Shown: positions 37,035 to 47,463, counted from the first letter of the stretch. The stretch: 64,000 bases of DNA from an uncultured delta proteobacterium (GCA_963705165.1 CAVPJD010000011.1:128001-192000); one strand, 5' to 3'. Program-made: numbers and translations. Notes: generated by a model not told the origin, from the sequence alone.

Positions 37035-38696
37035 CTATTTCCCCGGGCTCGTCCCGGGAGGCTCCTTCTTCGGGGGTGCCGGCGCCTCGCCGGGCACTGC
37101 GGCCGCGGCCTGCGCCGGTGCCATAGCGGCCGGTGCCGCCAGGTTAGTGCCGTGCGGCGGCAGGATGTGCGGCGTGATGAAGATGAGCACCTCCTCCATC
37201 GTCTCGGCCCGGTTTTCCGTCTTGAAGAGATACCCCAAACCGGGAATGTCCTTCAGCCCGGGGAAACCCGCGTCGGAAAGGAGGCTCCGCTGCTTCGTCA
37301 GGCCCGAGATCACGACGGTTTCGGCATTCTGGACGATCAGGGTGGTCTCCGTCTGCTTCTTGATGATGTAGGGGTTCCCCTGGACCGTCCGGGTCGAATC
37401 CACCTCGTCTTTCTTGACCCTGATCTTCATCTTGAGGTTCTTGCCGTCGATGACATGGGGCGTGATCTCGAGCCGCAGCACGACGTCCTCGAACTTCACC
37501 TCCTGGGTGACGACGCCGCTCGAGGTGCTCGTCGCCACGTAGGGGACCTTCTCTCCGTTTTCCGTATAGGCCATCTGGTTATCGAGCGTCGTGATGGAGG
37601 GGCTCGAGAGGATGTTGAGCTTGCCGTCCTGCTGGAGGGCCTGGAGCTGCACTTCCAGGATGCTTTGCCCGATCGTGCCGAAGATGAGGCCCAGGGAGCC
37701 CGAGGCCCCTGCGGCGGCGATGGCCGCGGCATCGGCAGGGAAATTGCCGGCGAAGCCCTGGCCCGCGATGCCCGTCGGCCCGAACGTCGGCGTGTAGTTG
37801 CCTGCCGTGGGGGATGTCGTCGTCGACCCGCCCGAGCCGCCCGGCGTGACGTAGTAGTTCTGCCCGCCCGCCCGGTTGGTGTAGATGCCGCCCCACTGCA
37901 CGCCGAGGGTGCGCGCCGTGTCCTTTCCGGCCTCGACGATGTTGGCCTTGATGACGATCTGCGCCGTCGGCTTGTCGAGCCGTTCGATCATGGGGATCAT
38001 CCGCCTGAGGTCGTCCCGCGTGGCCTGGACGATCATGGAATTCGTGTGCTGGTCCACCAGGATGGAGCCGCGGACCTTTCCGTCCTTGTCCTTCGTGAGA
38101 AGCTCTTTCAGGCTGTCCCGGAGCTTGGTGGCGTCGGCATAGTCCACGGTGACGACCATGGTGAGGAGCTTCTGGCCGCGCATGCGCTCCCGGGCGGACT
38201 CCAGTCTGAAATCCCGCTCCATGTCCTCCGCGGTCAGGATGCGGATGATGTCGCCCTCCCAGGCGTATGAGAGGCCGTTGGTTTTCAGGATCCCCAGAAA
38301 GGTCTGGTCCCAGGGTTTATTTTCGACGTTGATGGAGGTCTCCCCTTTGACGCCGGAGCGCAGCATGATGTTCACATTCGCTGCCTGGGCCAGGGCCCGG
38401 AGGATGACGTTGATGTCCACGTTGTGCATCCGGAGCGACACGCGCCGCGTGGGCAGCGGCTTTTCCTTCCGGGCCGCCTCGTCGGTGATCAGCTCGTCCT
38501 CCTCGAGGGGCGGCATGTCCATGATCCGCGCCCGCCCCGTCGGCGAGTGACCCTTCGAGGCGTCCGCCATGGTGGTCCATTTTTCAAAGAAGGGGTCCTT
38601 CGCCTGTTTGAGGTCTTTCGCGCAGCCTGCCAGCGAAAGACCGATCACAGGAATGAAAAACCAGCATATCCATCGGTAAAGGGCTCTGCGTTTCAA
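37035..38696 (-). CDS. pilQ: Secretin PilQ/MshL-like with lipoprotein signal
   Basis: LSLAG/C lipobox, LDKPTAQIVIKANIVE, LGVQWG, SSPSITTLDNQ, LEITPH, PGLKDIPGLGYLFK, EVLIFITP. Confidence 0.93.
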   Translation of the reverse strand: MKRRALYRWICWFFIPVIGLSLAGCAKDLKQAKDPFFEKWTTMADASKGHSPTGRARIMDMPPLEEDELITDEAARKEKPLPTRRVSLRMHNVDINVILRALAQAANVNIMLRSGVKGETSINVENKPWDQTFLGILKTNGLSYAWEGDIIRILTAEDMERDFRLESARERMRGQKLLTMVVTVDYADATKLRDSLKELLTKDKDGKVRGSILVDQHTNSMIVQATRDDLRRMIPMIERLDKPTAQIVIKANIVEAGKDTARTLGVQWGGIYTNRAGGQNYYVTPGGSGGSTTTSPTAGNYTPTFGPTGIAGQGFAGNFPADAAAIAAAGASGSLGLIFGTIGQSILEVQLQALQQDGKLNILSSPSITTLDNQMAYTENGEKVPYVATSTSSGVVTQEVKFEDVVLRLEITPHVIDGKNLKMKIRVKKDEVDSTRTVQGNPYIIKKQTETTLIVQNAETVVISGLTKQRSLLSDAGFPGLKDIPGLGYLFKTENRAETMEEVLIFITPHILPPHGTNLAAPAAMAPAQAAAAVPGEAPAPPKKEPPGTSPGK

Positions 38697-38708
38697 GGCC
38701 TGTCTCCT

Positions 38709-39197
38709 CTAGAATGATTCGTCCTTCAGTTTGATGACGATATTTCTCTGGTTCTGACGGTCGGCAATCACCGCCTGGGAGGGCTCCACGCTCTTCAGAT
38801 AGAAGGCGCCGCCGAAGTCGAGCTTCTCGCCGACCTGGTACGTGTTCCCGTTGATGACGGCGAGCTTCTTCTCGCCCATGTCGACAAAGCCCGAGTAGAC
38901 GATGTCCTGGGCGCCCGCGCCCCCCGGTCCCGCCTTCGCCGCAACCGGCATGACTTTCTTGTAGAAGGGGTCTTTCGCCCAGGTCGCTTCCGCCCTGGCA
39001 ATCACATAACTTTCGTTGGGCGATGAGGCCACCTTCTTGAGTTCCGCGGCGATTTCCTGGATGATCTTTTCCGACCCCGTATACTGCTCAGCCGGCTTTG
39101 CCCCCTGCCACGTGATGGCGGGCGACAGGAAGTAGACGAGGGCAAACAGGATCGAAAAGACCATGACGCCGACGATGATTTTTTCACGCTTGTTCAT
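38709..39197 (-). CDS. PilP/MshK-like alignment protein
   Basis: N-terminal TM, WAKDPFY, LAVINGNTYQVGEKL; position between pilO and secretin. Confidence 0.7.
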   Translation of the reverse strand: MNKREKIIVGVMVFSILFALVYFLSPAITWQGAKPAEQYTGSEKIIQEIAAELKKVASSPNESYVIARAEATWAKDPFYKKVMPVAAKAGPGGAGAQDIVYSGFVDMGEKKLAVINGNTYQVGEKLDFGGAFYLKSVEPSQAVIADRQNQRNIVIKLKDESF

Positions 39198-39242
39198 TCA
39201 GCCATTCCTCTTGTTGAGCGGGCCCGTGCCTGCATCGGCCGT

Positions 39243-39776
39243 TCAGCCGACGACGAGCCACACCTTGAGCCGGAACTCCTTGGTCCCGGGCACTTGCTGG
39301 ATCTCGATCTCCTCGACCTTTTCGACAAAAGGCCGGTCGCCCAGCTCGATCAGGAAATTCCGGAAGTTGTAATAGTCCCCTTTCAGGGTTGCGTGGACCA
39401 GCATTGCGGCCGAGCCTCCGACCAGCGAGTTGATGTCGGGGCTCACGGACAGGAGCTCCATTTTCGATTTCTGGGCCATGTCCTTGAAGATGAGGGATAT
39501 CTGGTCCTTCTGCTCCCCGGAGAGTTTCGCCTTCGCAGGCAACGGAAGGTTTCGCTGCGCCTTGACCTTCATCCGCTCGAAGAGCTGCTTGGTCATGGGC
39601 GCGTAGCTCTGGTGGGTGTTGATCTTCGTGTTGAGCTCGTTGATCTCCGTGTCCAGCCTGGCGATGCTCCGGTAGTTGTAAAATCCGATGTAGGCGAGAA
39701 TCAGGATGAGGCCCACCCCGATGACCAGGAGCGTCAGGCTTCGCGTTGCAAAGGGAAATTGTTTCTTCCGTTCCAT
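39243..39776 (-). CDS. pilO: PilO/MshJ-like protein
   Basis: TM plus coiled coil, LKGDYYNFRNFLIEL; operon position. Confidence 0.78.
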   Translation of the reverse strand: MERKKQFPFATRSLTLLVIGVGLILILAYIGFYNYRSIARLDTEINELNTKINTHQSYAPMTKQLFERMKVKAQRNLPLPAKAKLSGEQKDQISLIFKDMAQKSKMELLSVSPDINSLVGGSAAMLVHATLKGDYYNFRNFLIELGDRPFVEKVEEIEIQQVPGTKEFRLKVWLVVG

Positions 39777-39784
39777 GTTTGATC

Positions 39785-41695
39785 CTACTGGAGCTTTAGG
39801 TTCAGGACGAAGTGAAGGACTTCGCCCTCGGCCTTGTTCTGCTGCAGCGCCTCGATGACGCTTTTCTGGACCGTCGCTTCCTTGACCAGGGGCGACCCTT
39901 TCAATTTGAGCACGTAGCTCGAGAGATACCCGTCGAGCATGCTCCGCTCTCCCATGACGATCCCGTCGATCTCCAGGGTCTTCACTACGGCCTCGGCAGG
40001 CTTCGCCGCCGGGCTCCCCTTTTCAGCTGCCTTGGCTGTCGCTGCGGCCTTTTGTTCCGGCCGGCCGAGAGTGCTCTTCAGCTTCAGGAAGCGCACGTTC
40101 TCGGGTGTAAGGGCGGAGAGCTCGCTGATGAGGGCCATCCCGAAATACCTCTCGCCGTAATCCTTCTTCAGTCGCCGCTCCTCACGGTCCTTGGCCGCCA
40201 TCTGCAGGATCAGCTTCGTGTCGACCATCAGGTTGAGCGACGAGAGCTGCTGGTTGAGATCGGAGACGGTTGCTTTTTTCGTCGAGGCGATGCGCTCCTG
40301 CCAGGCGAAGGCCGTAAGCCCCGTGATGATGATGCCGGCCAGAGAGAACAGGATGACCCGGTTCACCCGGCTCACCATGGCCATCTTCTCCTTAGCCTTG
40401 TAGGTGAACAGCAGGTTGGGGGTCCTCGTGTTGTCCGAAAGGGCAAGGCCCACCGCGGCGGCCAGCGAGGCCTTCTCGGAGGCCGTGGCAGACGCCGTGA
40501 ATCCCGAGATGAAGGGGATGGAGGGATCCAGCGGGTCCATGACCCCGCATTCGATGCCGAGCTGCTCCCCGATGTATTCGATGAGGGGCCGGTAGGCGTT
40601 TACGACTCCCGAGAGGTAGACCCGGAGCACCTTCTCCCCTCCCAGATTGGCAAAGGTGCGCTCCACCTGGCGCACGAGGCGGTCCAGGGCGGGGCGGACC
40701 ATCTCGAAGATGTCCTCTTCCGAAAGATCATGCCCGGCGTCGTCGGGGCTCAGGGCCGGCGCGTCGGGGTCGAGGCTCATGATGAGTTTGTGGGCCTGCG
40801 TGGGTGTGATGGTGAAATCCACCGGCGCCGCACCGCTCCAGCGCATGTCCTTCGTCGAGGGGCGCTTTCGGTCGATGTAGTTCTCCACGAGGGATTCAAC
40901 CATACTGTTCATGCCCGTCTTGATGTCCCGGGTCAGGATGAGGCTTCCCCTGGAGTAGATGTCGATGCGGGCCCCTTCGCGGCCGAGGTAGAGGCTCGCC
41001 AGGGTCTCGCCGTAGGTCGGCATCCACTTGGTCCGGAAGAGGTTCTGGATGGCAAAGGGGGCGATGGCGAGACCGCTCAGCTGATAGCCGGCGTCGGCAA
41101 AGAGCTCGACGACGGACTCCACCTCGCGGCGCGGAGCCGTGTAGACCATGACGGAGGTCTTCTTGACCCCCTGCTCCACCAGATCGGACTGGACCTCGAA
41201 ATCGAGGATCGTGTCCATGTCCTCGAAGGAAAGCTCCCGCTTGGCCGTCCAGTAGACGGCGTTCTCGAGCTGCTTCCGAGGAACCTTGGGGATCTTGATG
41301 AAACGGACGTCCACATTGGACGAGGACATGAGGTTCCAGATCTGGATCCCCTTGGCCGTCCCGCAGAATTTTCCCATCTCGGATTTCAGGAAGTTGGTGA
41401 ACTCGTGGCTCCCCCGGGCTATCGTGGCCGGAATGGGTACCAGGCGGAAGTCGACGAGGTTCCACTGATCGGCGGCCACTTCCTCCACTTTCGCCATTTG
41501 AAGGGCCTGGTGACCGATGTCCACGCCGACCGTCAACGGCCGCTGGAAGGCGGGGGTGAGGGACGAAAAGGGCTTTGCCTTTTTCTTCGGCACGACAGGC
41601 TTGTAGGAGGGCTCTTCATCGGAAGCCGTCTTCGCCTTGCCCCGGATGACGTTGAGAAGCTTTTCCGTGGAAGAAATCTCTCGATTGGAGGCCAT
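39785..41695 (-). CDS. pilM: PilM-PilN fusion (GspL/MshI-like architecture)
   Basis: VGVDIG actin-like fold, VYLSG, AVGLAL, then PNLL + TM + ELSALTPENVRF (PilN-like) in a single frame. Confidence 0.87.
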   Translation of the reverse strand: MASNREISSTEKLLNVIRGKAKTASDEEPSYKPVVPKKKAKPFSSLTPAFQRPLTVGVDIGHQALQMAKVEEVAADQWNLVDFRLVPIPATIARGSHEFTNFLKSEMGKFCGTAKGIQIWNLMSSSNVDVRFIKIPKVPRKQLENAVYWTAKRELSFEDMDTILDFEVQSDLVEQGVKKTSVMVYTAPRREVESVVELFADAGYQLSGLAIAPFAIQNLFRTKWMPTYGETLASLYLGREGARIDIYSRGSLILTRDIKTGMNSMVESLVENYIDRKRPSTKDMRWSGAAPVDFTITPTQAHKLIMSLDPDAPALSPDDAGHDLSEEDIFEMVRPALDRLVRQVERTFANLGGEKVLRVYLSGVVNAYRPLIEYIGEQLGIECGVMDPLDPSIPFISGFTASATASEKASLAAAVGLALSDNTRTPNLLFTYKAKEKMAMVSRVNRVILFSLAGIIITGLTAFAWQERIASTKKATVSDLNQQLSSLNLMVDTKLILQMAAKDREERRLKKDYGERYFGMALISELSALTPENVRFLKLKSTLGRPEQKAAATAKAAEKGSPAAKPAEAVVKTLEIDGIVMGERSMLDGYLSSYVLKLKGSPLVKEATVQKSVIEALQQNKAEGEVLHFVLNLKLQ

Positions 41696-41942
41696 GCTCA
41701 CCTTCTTGTACAAAAAAGTCCCGGCTGTCCGGTATCGGGCATCCCGTCCGGCATTCTCCGGCATTCTGTTGTCACGGAAACAGAATCCCGTGAAACCCAG
41801 CCCGGGAGCGGGTTTCCAAAAATTTACCGAAAATCGCGAATAATAATATACAGTTACGCAAGAAAAGAAAACCCCTTGAAACCATTATCTATTTCAGCCG
41901 GTTTGTCAAGCTTTTTTAGGCAGCAGTAACCAACGCAACGTT

Positions 41943-41958
41943 TGCACAATATGTGCCA
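41943..41958 (-). promoter_or_regulatory. Sigma-54 promoter for the pilMN operon
   Basis: Minus strand TGGCACATATTGTGCA, GG-N10-GC; IHF-like aaacaaatactta adjacent upstream. Confidence 0.7.
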
Positions 41959-42237
41959 CAAAACAAATACTTACCCCGCGGACGGGGCCCTCGCGATGCG
42001 CCGCCCCGATCCCCTGTCCGTCACGATGGCCGGCCTGACCCGACGGGTACGGTTGTCCGGGAAGCGAATGGGGCAGAGAATAGGGAAAGAGGCGTTGTTA
42101 CAGGAACTTCCGGCGAATTAGCATGACAGGCATCCGGCACATCTGCTATGAAAAGGAGGACCCGGGGGGGAAGCAGCGGGTGAGCCGCCGGGGTCAGATG
42201 GCCGGGCAACGGATCCAAGAAACCGGGAGGGGTGGCA

Positions 42238-42633
42238 ATGAGACAATTTTCCGTCAAGACACAGGCGCGCAGCCAGATGATCGACATCACGGCCCAGGTC
42301 CGGTCGATCCTCAGGGAATGTAGGGTCGAAAGCGGCATCTGCTTTGTCTTCGTCCCCCACACGACGGCCGCCGTGACGATCAATGAAAACGCCGACCCCG
42401 ACGTGCCCAGGGACATCCAGGCACAACTCGACAAGACGATCCCCCAGCGCGGGGACTACCTGCACAGCGAGGGCAACTCGGCGGCCCACATCAAGGCATC
42501 ACTTTTCGGAGCTTCGGAAACGGTGCTCGTGGAGGGGGGCAGCCTCGTCCTCGGGACCTGGCAGTCGATCTTCTTCTGCGAATTCGACGGGCCCAGGACC
42601 CGGCAGGTGTACGTTAAGATTATTCCAGGATAA
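42238..42633 (+). CDS. yjbQ: YjbQ (UPF0047) family protein
   Basis: PHTTAAVTINENADPDV, HSEGNSAAHIK, LGTWQSIFFCEFDGPR. Confidence 0.95.
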   Translation: MRQFSVKTQARSQMIDITAQVRSILRECRVESGICFVFVPHTTAAVTINENADPDVPRDIQAQLDKTIPQRGDYLHSEGNSAAHIKASLFGASETVLVEGGSLVLGTWQSIFFCEFDGPRTRQVYVKIIPG

Positions 42634-42710
42634 AGTCCACAGGCTGCAGGCAATAGATGACCGACAGGGCCCGGATGCCATCATCTGTTATTTGCGTTTA
42701 TGGTCTGGGA

Positions 42711-42754
42711 CCTTGACCCTTGACCCTTGACCCTTGACCCTTGACCCTTGACCC
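42711..42754. repeat. Perfect heptamer array (CCTTGAC)x6
   Basis: Six exact copies at 42711-42752. Confidence 0.95.
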
Positions 42755-42948
42755 ACGCCCTCGTCCCTTCGGCAACAATGGTTGAGGATCTCATGCGAAT
42801 CGAGATTTCACCGGAGCGCTGAAATTCCCAGCCACAAATTGCAAGGCTTACTTGATTCGAAATTCCGGAATCCCGACTTTGGATGCCTGATTTCCCGATA
42901 CCCAATAGCCCAATTCCCCAATTACTGTTGAACGGCCGCACGGCGGCG

Positions 42949-43608
42949 CTAGAGCAGGCGAGCCCCCCGATAGAAAAAGTACAGACCAACAAGCTGGATG
43001 ACATGGTAGATGTCGTTGTGGTTGAAGTGCCTCGCCAGCTTGAATCCGCTTCGCTGGACAGCGGCGGCACCGAAGCTGATGAGGATCCCGACGGCAATGA
43101 GCTTCGCGCCCGGTGAGCCCGTCGAGACGTAGCTCAACGCCATGGCCCCGAGGACGAAAGCCATGCAGATGGAGTAGAAGACGACGACGTTGCGGAAGCG
43201 ATAGTCGCGCCAGATCCAGGCGGCATAGATGATCGATAGGCCCAGCACGGTCCACCGGAGCAGGTCCGCATAGTCGGCGGGGAGGAGGTGGTAAAAGGTC
43301 GCGGCCAGCATGGCCGTCACGGAGGTTCCCACGGCGATCCCCGTGATGCGCCACAGGAGCGGCACCCAGGATACGAGAGGGGTATGCCGTATGGAATGGA
43401 TCGTCGCCCCCGCCAGCGCACCCAGGGCGATCAGGAAGAATGACAACGCAAAGCAGAAGTGAACCGGGCCGGCCGAGACGCCATAAATCCTCGCGCCGAA
43501 GAAGATGGCCACTACCGCCAGAAGAACATCCGTAAGGACCGTCATCGGCTCTGGCCCGAAGAAGCCGTGCGCATGAATGTCGCCATGTTCCGGTTTATTC
43601 TGATTCAT
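42949..43608 (-). CDS. Polytopic membrane protein of unknown function (DUF6962-like)
   Basis: EPMTVLTDVLL, GATIH, FNHNDIYHVIQ; about seven hydrophobic helices; ATG overlaps the upstream stop. Confidence 0.7.
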   Translation of the reverse strand: MNQNKPEHGDIHAHGFFGPEPMTVLTDVLLAVVAIFFGARIYGVSAGPVHFCFALSFFLIALGALAGATIHSIRHTPLVSWVPLLWRITGIAVGTSVTAMLAATFYHLLPADYADLLRWTVLGLSIIYAAWIWRDYRFRNVVVFYSICMAFVLGAMALSYVSTGSPGAKLIAVGILISFGAAAVQRSGFKLARHFNHNDIYHVIQLVGLYFFYRGARLL

Positions 43609-44135
43609 GCGGTCTTCTCCACTTTCCGGATTACGAATCGCTCCTCCTCGTCCTCGCCGAAGGTGCTGACGGGGTTGGGGATGGCGGCGTAGATCCGCCG
43701 GAGATTCCCGGTGCCGATCCGGAAGCTCTTTGTGGGTATGGCGGGGTTGAACATGAAGTGCTCTTCCCGCAGGATGTTCTCGTCCACATAGAAAGGAAGC
43801 GACGGGTCCCTGTGGCCGAAGGGCGAAACCGAGCCGGGGTCGCACCCGGTCATTTCCATCAGCTCCTCCCGGTTGGCAAAACGGATGTCCTTGGTGCCGA
43901 ACTCCTTCTTGAATAGCCGCGCCTTGATCTCTTTTGCGGCCGTCGTGACGAGCAGGTAGTATTTCCCCTTGGCTTTGAGAAGGATGCACTTGCTGCTCGC
44001 GCCGCTCCAGCCCGCCTGCCCGCGGAAGGCAAGCGACTCCTCGCAGGAGCCGACGGACGCGTGCTCGATCTCATCGTATGGAATCCCCATTTGCTGGAGA
44101 ATATCCTTTATGGTCTGATAGACATCCTGTGACAT
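43605..44135 (-). CDS. YbaK/ProX aminoacyl-tRNA editing family protein
   Basis: SKCILLK, IRFANREEL, GCDPGSVSPFG, FNPAIPTKS. Confidence 0.88.
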   Translation of the reverse strand: MSQDVYQTIKDILQQMGIPYDEIEHASVGSCEESLAFRGQAGWSGASSKCILLKAKGKYYLLVTTAAKEIKARLFKKEFGTKDIRFANREELMEMTGCDPGSVSPFGHRDPSLPFYVDENILREEHFMFNPAIPTKSFRIGTGNLRRIYAAIPNPVSTFGEDEEERFVIRKVEKTA

Positions 44136-44190
44136 GATTCGCTCCTGTTGAAAACCCGCGATCTAATACCTGAATCCAACGATAACAAAG

Positions 44191-44269
44191 TGTCATCGCG
44201 AGGAGCGCAGCGACGTGGCGATCTCGTTTCATAGAGATTGCCGCGCACCCTTCGGGTGCTCGCAATGAC
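44191..44269. repeat. REP-like palindromic element family A (GTCATYGCGAG...CAATCT / GAGATTG...CTCGCAATGAC)
   Basis: Terminal inverted repeat gtcatcgcgag ... ctcgcaatgac; related copies at 45177-45318 and 62592-62645. Confidence 0.75.
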
Positions 44270-44388
44270 CCGTCGATGAAGTCGATTCCCTTTTTATCAC
44301 TGGACCTGAGTAATAGCAGAATTCGCGCTTCCTGATAAGCCGAAATCTGTGATATTCTCGGGACCGCTCACCCGCCAAGGAGGGGAAT

Positions 44389-45174
44389 ATGAAGACCTTC
44401 AAGATCGCCACATACAACGTCAACTCGGTGCGCAGCCGTCTGCATATTGTGCTGCCCTGGCTCGAGAAGAACCGGCCTTCGGTTCTCTGCCTCCAGGAAA
44501 CCAAGACCGAGGACGCAACGTTTCCTGTAAAGCAATTCGAGGATGCCGGGTGGCAGGTGGTCTTCCGCGGGGGAAAAAGCTACAACGGAGTGGCCATCGT
44601 CTCCTTGGAGAAGTCCGACAAGGTGGCCTTCGGCCTCGACGACGGAGGTCCCCCCGATGAAGACCGCCTGATCCGGGCAGTCTTTTCGGGGATTACCATC
44701 GTGAACACCTACGTCCCCCAGGGGTCAGAGCGGGAGAGCCCGAAGTTTTCCTACAAGCTCGAGTGGCTCAAGCGGCTCAGGAAGTTTTTCGCCAAACACT
44801 ACAAGCCGGACCAGCCGCTTTTGTGGTGCGGCGACATCAACGTGGCCCGCGAGGAGATCGACGTGCACAACCCAAAGAGGCTCCTGGGTCACGTGGACTT
44901 CACGCCCGAGGTCTGGGAGGCTTTCGACGAGGTGACGGCCTGGGGATTCGTGGACGTGTTCCGCAAGCATCACCCCAATGAGCCCAACCAGTATTCCTTC
45001 TTCGATTACCGGGTGCCCAAGTCGCTGGAGAGGGGGCTGGGCTGGCGCGTGGATCACCTCCTGGCCACAGTACCGCTGGCGAAGAAGTCGGTTGGCGCCT
45101 ATATCGATCTGGAGCCCCGCAAAGCCGAAAAGCCGTCGGACCATACGCCGATCGTGGCGGAATTTAAAATATAG
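44389..45174 (+). CDS. xth: Exodeoxyribonuclease III
   Basis: ATYNVNS, LCLQETK, YNGVAI, CGDINVA, GWRVDH, PSDHTP. Confidence 0.96.
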   Translation: MKTFKIATYNVNSVRSRLHIVLPWLEKNRPSVLCLQETKTEDATFPVKQFEDAGWQVVFRGGKSYNGVAIVSLEKSDKVAFGLDDGGPPDEDRLIRAVFSGITIVNTYVPQGSERESPKFSYKLEWLKRLRKFFAKHYKPDQPLLWCGDINVAREEIDVHNPKRLLGHVDFTPEVWEAFDEVTAWGFVDVFRKHHPNEPNQYSFFDYRVPKSLERGLGWRVDHLLATVPLAKKSVGAYIDLEPRKAEKPSDHTPIVAEFKI

Positions 45175-45176
45175 TA

Positions 45177-45318
45177 GTCAGTGCGAACGGAGTGTAGCAA
45201 TCTTCCTGTAACGCCCCATGACCGTAATCTCCCTCTCCCCATCGTGGGAGAGGGTCGGGGTGAGGGGGAAATCTGAATCGTAGATTACCACGCCTCGCGA
45301 GGCTCGGCTCGTAATGAC
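45177..45318. repeat. Composite REP-like element: family A halves enclosing a family B unit (CCCTCTCCCC...GGGAGAGGG..GGGGTGAGGGG)
   Basis: gtcagtgcgaac...gcaatct; ccctctccccatcgtgggagagggtcggggtgagggg; agattaccacg...ctcgtaatgac. Confidence 0.65.
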
Positions 45319-45327
45319 TCATTGTTT

Positions 45328-46071
45328 ATGACCGATAAGACAGCAACAGCAAACAGAACCTCGATCCTGAAAGACGGTATCCGCGCGGCCTGGCCCATCT
45401 GCCTGGGATACGTTCCCATCGGCCTTGCCTTCGGCGTACTTGCGCAGAAGGCGGGACTTTCGCCTCTGGCGATCGGGCTCATGTCGATGCTTGTATTTGC
45501 GGGAAGCGCCCAGTTCATCGCCGTAGCCATGCTGGGGGCGGGCTCGGGGATCGCGGCCATCGTTGCCACGGCCTTCACCGTCAACCTTCGCCACCTGCTC
45601 ATGAGCTCCGCCCTTTCCGTCTACCTCAAGGGGATACACAAGCGCTGGCTGGCCCTTTTTGCCTACGGAATCACCGACGAGAGCTTCGCCCTGAACCTGG
45701 TGCGGTTCCGCGAGGGAAACTGGGACTGGAAGCGGGCGCTGACCGTCAACCACGTCACCAATGCCTTCTGGGTGGCAAGCACCGTCATCGGCGGGCTTGG
45801 CGGCGCCTTCATCCCGGCCCACGCCTTCGGAATCGACTATGCACTCATGGGCATGTTCCTGTGCCTTCTGGTCTACCAGCTTCGCGGGAGGCTTTATGTC
45901 CTGACGGGCCTTATCGCCGGGGCGGCCGCCGTTGTCTTGTCTCTCCTCATCCCGGGCAACAGCTACATCGTTGCCGCCTCGGTGATCGCGGCAACGGCGG
46001 GGTTGTACATACGGAGGCGATGGCCCTCACTCGCGGCTTCTTCTGCCCCGGCGGGAGAGAATAAGAGGTGA
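45328..46071 (+). CDS. azlC: AzlC-family branched-chain amino acid exporter, large subunit
   Basis: GYVPIGLAFG, FAGSAQF, VNLRH, ITDESFA, GIDYAL. Confidence 0.93.
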   Translation: MTDKTATANRTSILKDGIRAAWPICLGYVPIGLAFGVLAQKAGLSPLAIGLMSMLVFAGSAQFIAVAMLGAGSGIAAIVATAFTVNLRHLLMSSALSVYLKGIHKRWLALFAYGITDESFALNLVRFREGNWDWKRALTVNHVTNAFWVASTVIGGLGGAFIPAHAFGIDYALMGMFLCLLVYQLRGRLYVLTGLIAGAAAVVLSLLIPGNSYIVAASVIAATAGLYIRRRWPSLAASSAPAGENKR

Positions 46072-46105
46072 GGGAAACAGGCGATACAAGCAAACCTGTA
46101 ATGAA

Positions 46106-46169
46106 TGTCATTCCTGACTTGACCAGGAATCCAAATATGGACTGGATCCCCGCCTCCGCGGGGATGACA
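46106..46169. repeat. REP-like doublet family C (GTCATTCC...GGAATCCA / TGGATCCCCG...GGGATGAC)
   Basis: tgtcattcctgacttgaccaggaatcca and ctggatccccgcctccgcggggatgaca; near-identical half at 57871-57898. Confidence 0.8.
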
Positions 46170-46198
46170 ATAGAACCCGAAAAGGGACATTTCAAAGG

Positions 46199-46525
46199 AT
46201 GATCACAACCGACTACATTCTCCTTTGTCTCGGGATGGGCCTCGTGACTTACGTTCCCCGCTGGGCGCCGCTCTTTGCGCTTTCACAGCGAACGCTCCCC
46301 CGCTGGCTCGAGGAGTGGCTCGACCTCATCCCCGCGGCGATCCTGAGCGCCCTGATCCTTCCCTCTCTGGTAACGGCGGGGGAGCCGCGGCAATTATCTC
46401 TCTGGAACAACGATCTGCTCGTAGCGGTACCCGTCTTTCTTTTCGCCTTGCGTACGCGGTCCCTGGGAGGAACCGTGATTTTGGGGATGGCCCTCTACTG
46501 GCTCGCGGGGAAATTTCTCGGATGA
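46199..46525 (+). CDS. azlD: AzlD-family small subunit
   Basis: MGLVTYVPRWAP, IPAAILSAL; follows azlC. Confidence 0.9.
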   Translation: MITTDYILLCLGMGLVTYVPRWAPLFALSQRTLPRWLEEWLDLIPAAILSALILPSLVTAGEPRQLSLWNNDLLVAVPVFLFALRTRSLGGTVILGMALYWLAGKFLG

Positions 46526-47439
46526 TCTACCTCAAGCTTTTCCTCACGGCCGTCTTCTGGGGCGGGACCTTCATTGCGGGGCGCATCCTTGCCCAGGAGG
46601 TGCAACCCTGGTCGGGATCCTTCCTGCGGTTTCTCGTGGCCTCGGTGTGCATGATCCCCCTGGTCTGGCACTTCGAGGGAAGATTGCAACCTCTGAGAAA
46701 AAAGCAGCTTCTCCTCGTCTTCCTCTCGGGGATGACGGGCGTCTTTCTCTACAACGTCTTCTTCCTGACGGGAATGCAAACCGTCCCTGCCGGCCGCGCA
46801 TCGGTCATCGTTGCTTCGAACCCCGTCTTCATCTCCCTCTTTGCGGCACTTCTGTTCCGGGGGGAGCGAATGACCCTGCTGAAAATAATCGGCATCGTAC
46901 TCTCCGTCAGCGGCGCCGTCTACGTGATCTCGCGAGGAAATCCCGCCGACATCATGCAGGGCGGGCTCGGCCGTGGAGAGATGCTCATCTTCGGCTGTGT
47001 GCTGAGCTGGGTGTCCTACTCGTTGATCGGCAAGGTCGTCATGAAGGACGTGCTGCCCGTCTCGGCGGTGACCTATGCCTGCCTCCTCGGCGCCGCGGCC
47101 CTGCTGCCGCCGGCCCTGTTCGAGGGCATGACAGGCAGCCTCGGAAACTACTCGATGCCCGCCTGGCTCTCGATTGTATACCTGGGCTTTTTCGGCACCT
47201 GCCTCGGGTTTGTCTGGTACTATGAGGGGATCAGGCAGATCGGCCCATCGAAGTCGGCCGTGTTCATCAACTTCGTGCCCATCAGCGCCGTCATCATGTC
47301 TTTCTTCATGCTCGGGGAGACCATCGATGCGTCGCTGCTCATCGGGGCGGCACTGGTGCTCTCGGGCATATACCTGACGAACCGACCCTCAAAAAACCCG
47401 CGCCCTCAATCTTCCTCTCCCATGAAAGAAGAGGATTGA
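46522..47439 (+). CDS. EamA/DMT family transporter
   Basis: FWGGTF, LRF, NPVF, SWVSYS, GPSKSAVFINFVP, LGE; ATGA overlap with azlD. Confidence 0.92.
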   Translation: MIYLKLFLTAVFWGGTFIAGRILAQEVQPWSGSFLRFLVASVCMIPLVWHFEGRLQPLRKKQLLLVFLSGMTGVFLYNVFFLTGMQTVPAGRASVIVASNPVFISLFAALLFRGERMTLLKIIGIVLSVSGAVYVISRGNPADIMQGGLGRGEMLIFGCVLSWVSYSLIGKVVMKDVLPVSAVTYACLLGAAALLPPALFEGMTGSLGNYSMPAWLSIVYLGFFGTCLGFVWYYEGIRQIGPSKSAVFINFVPISAVIMSFFMLGETIDASLLIGAALVLSGIYLTNRPSKNPRPQSSSPMKEED

Positions 47440-47463
47440 GGCAAGGGGATCCCTCTCTTCAAT

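Noticed and set aside
42711..42754. CRISPR array or telomere-like repeat
   Set aside because: Units are 7 bp with no spacers; no cas genes and no repeat-spacer structure anywhere in the window
42949..43989. 346-aa ORF as one protein
   Set aside because: The N-terminal 127 aa are an off-frame overlap with the YbaK gene; real start at 43608
46225..46521. N-terminal extension of the EamA gene
   Set aside because: Overlaps azlD out of frame; ATGA-coupled start at 46522 is more plausible
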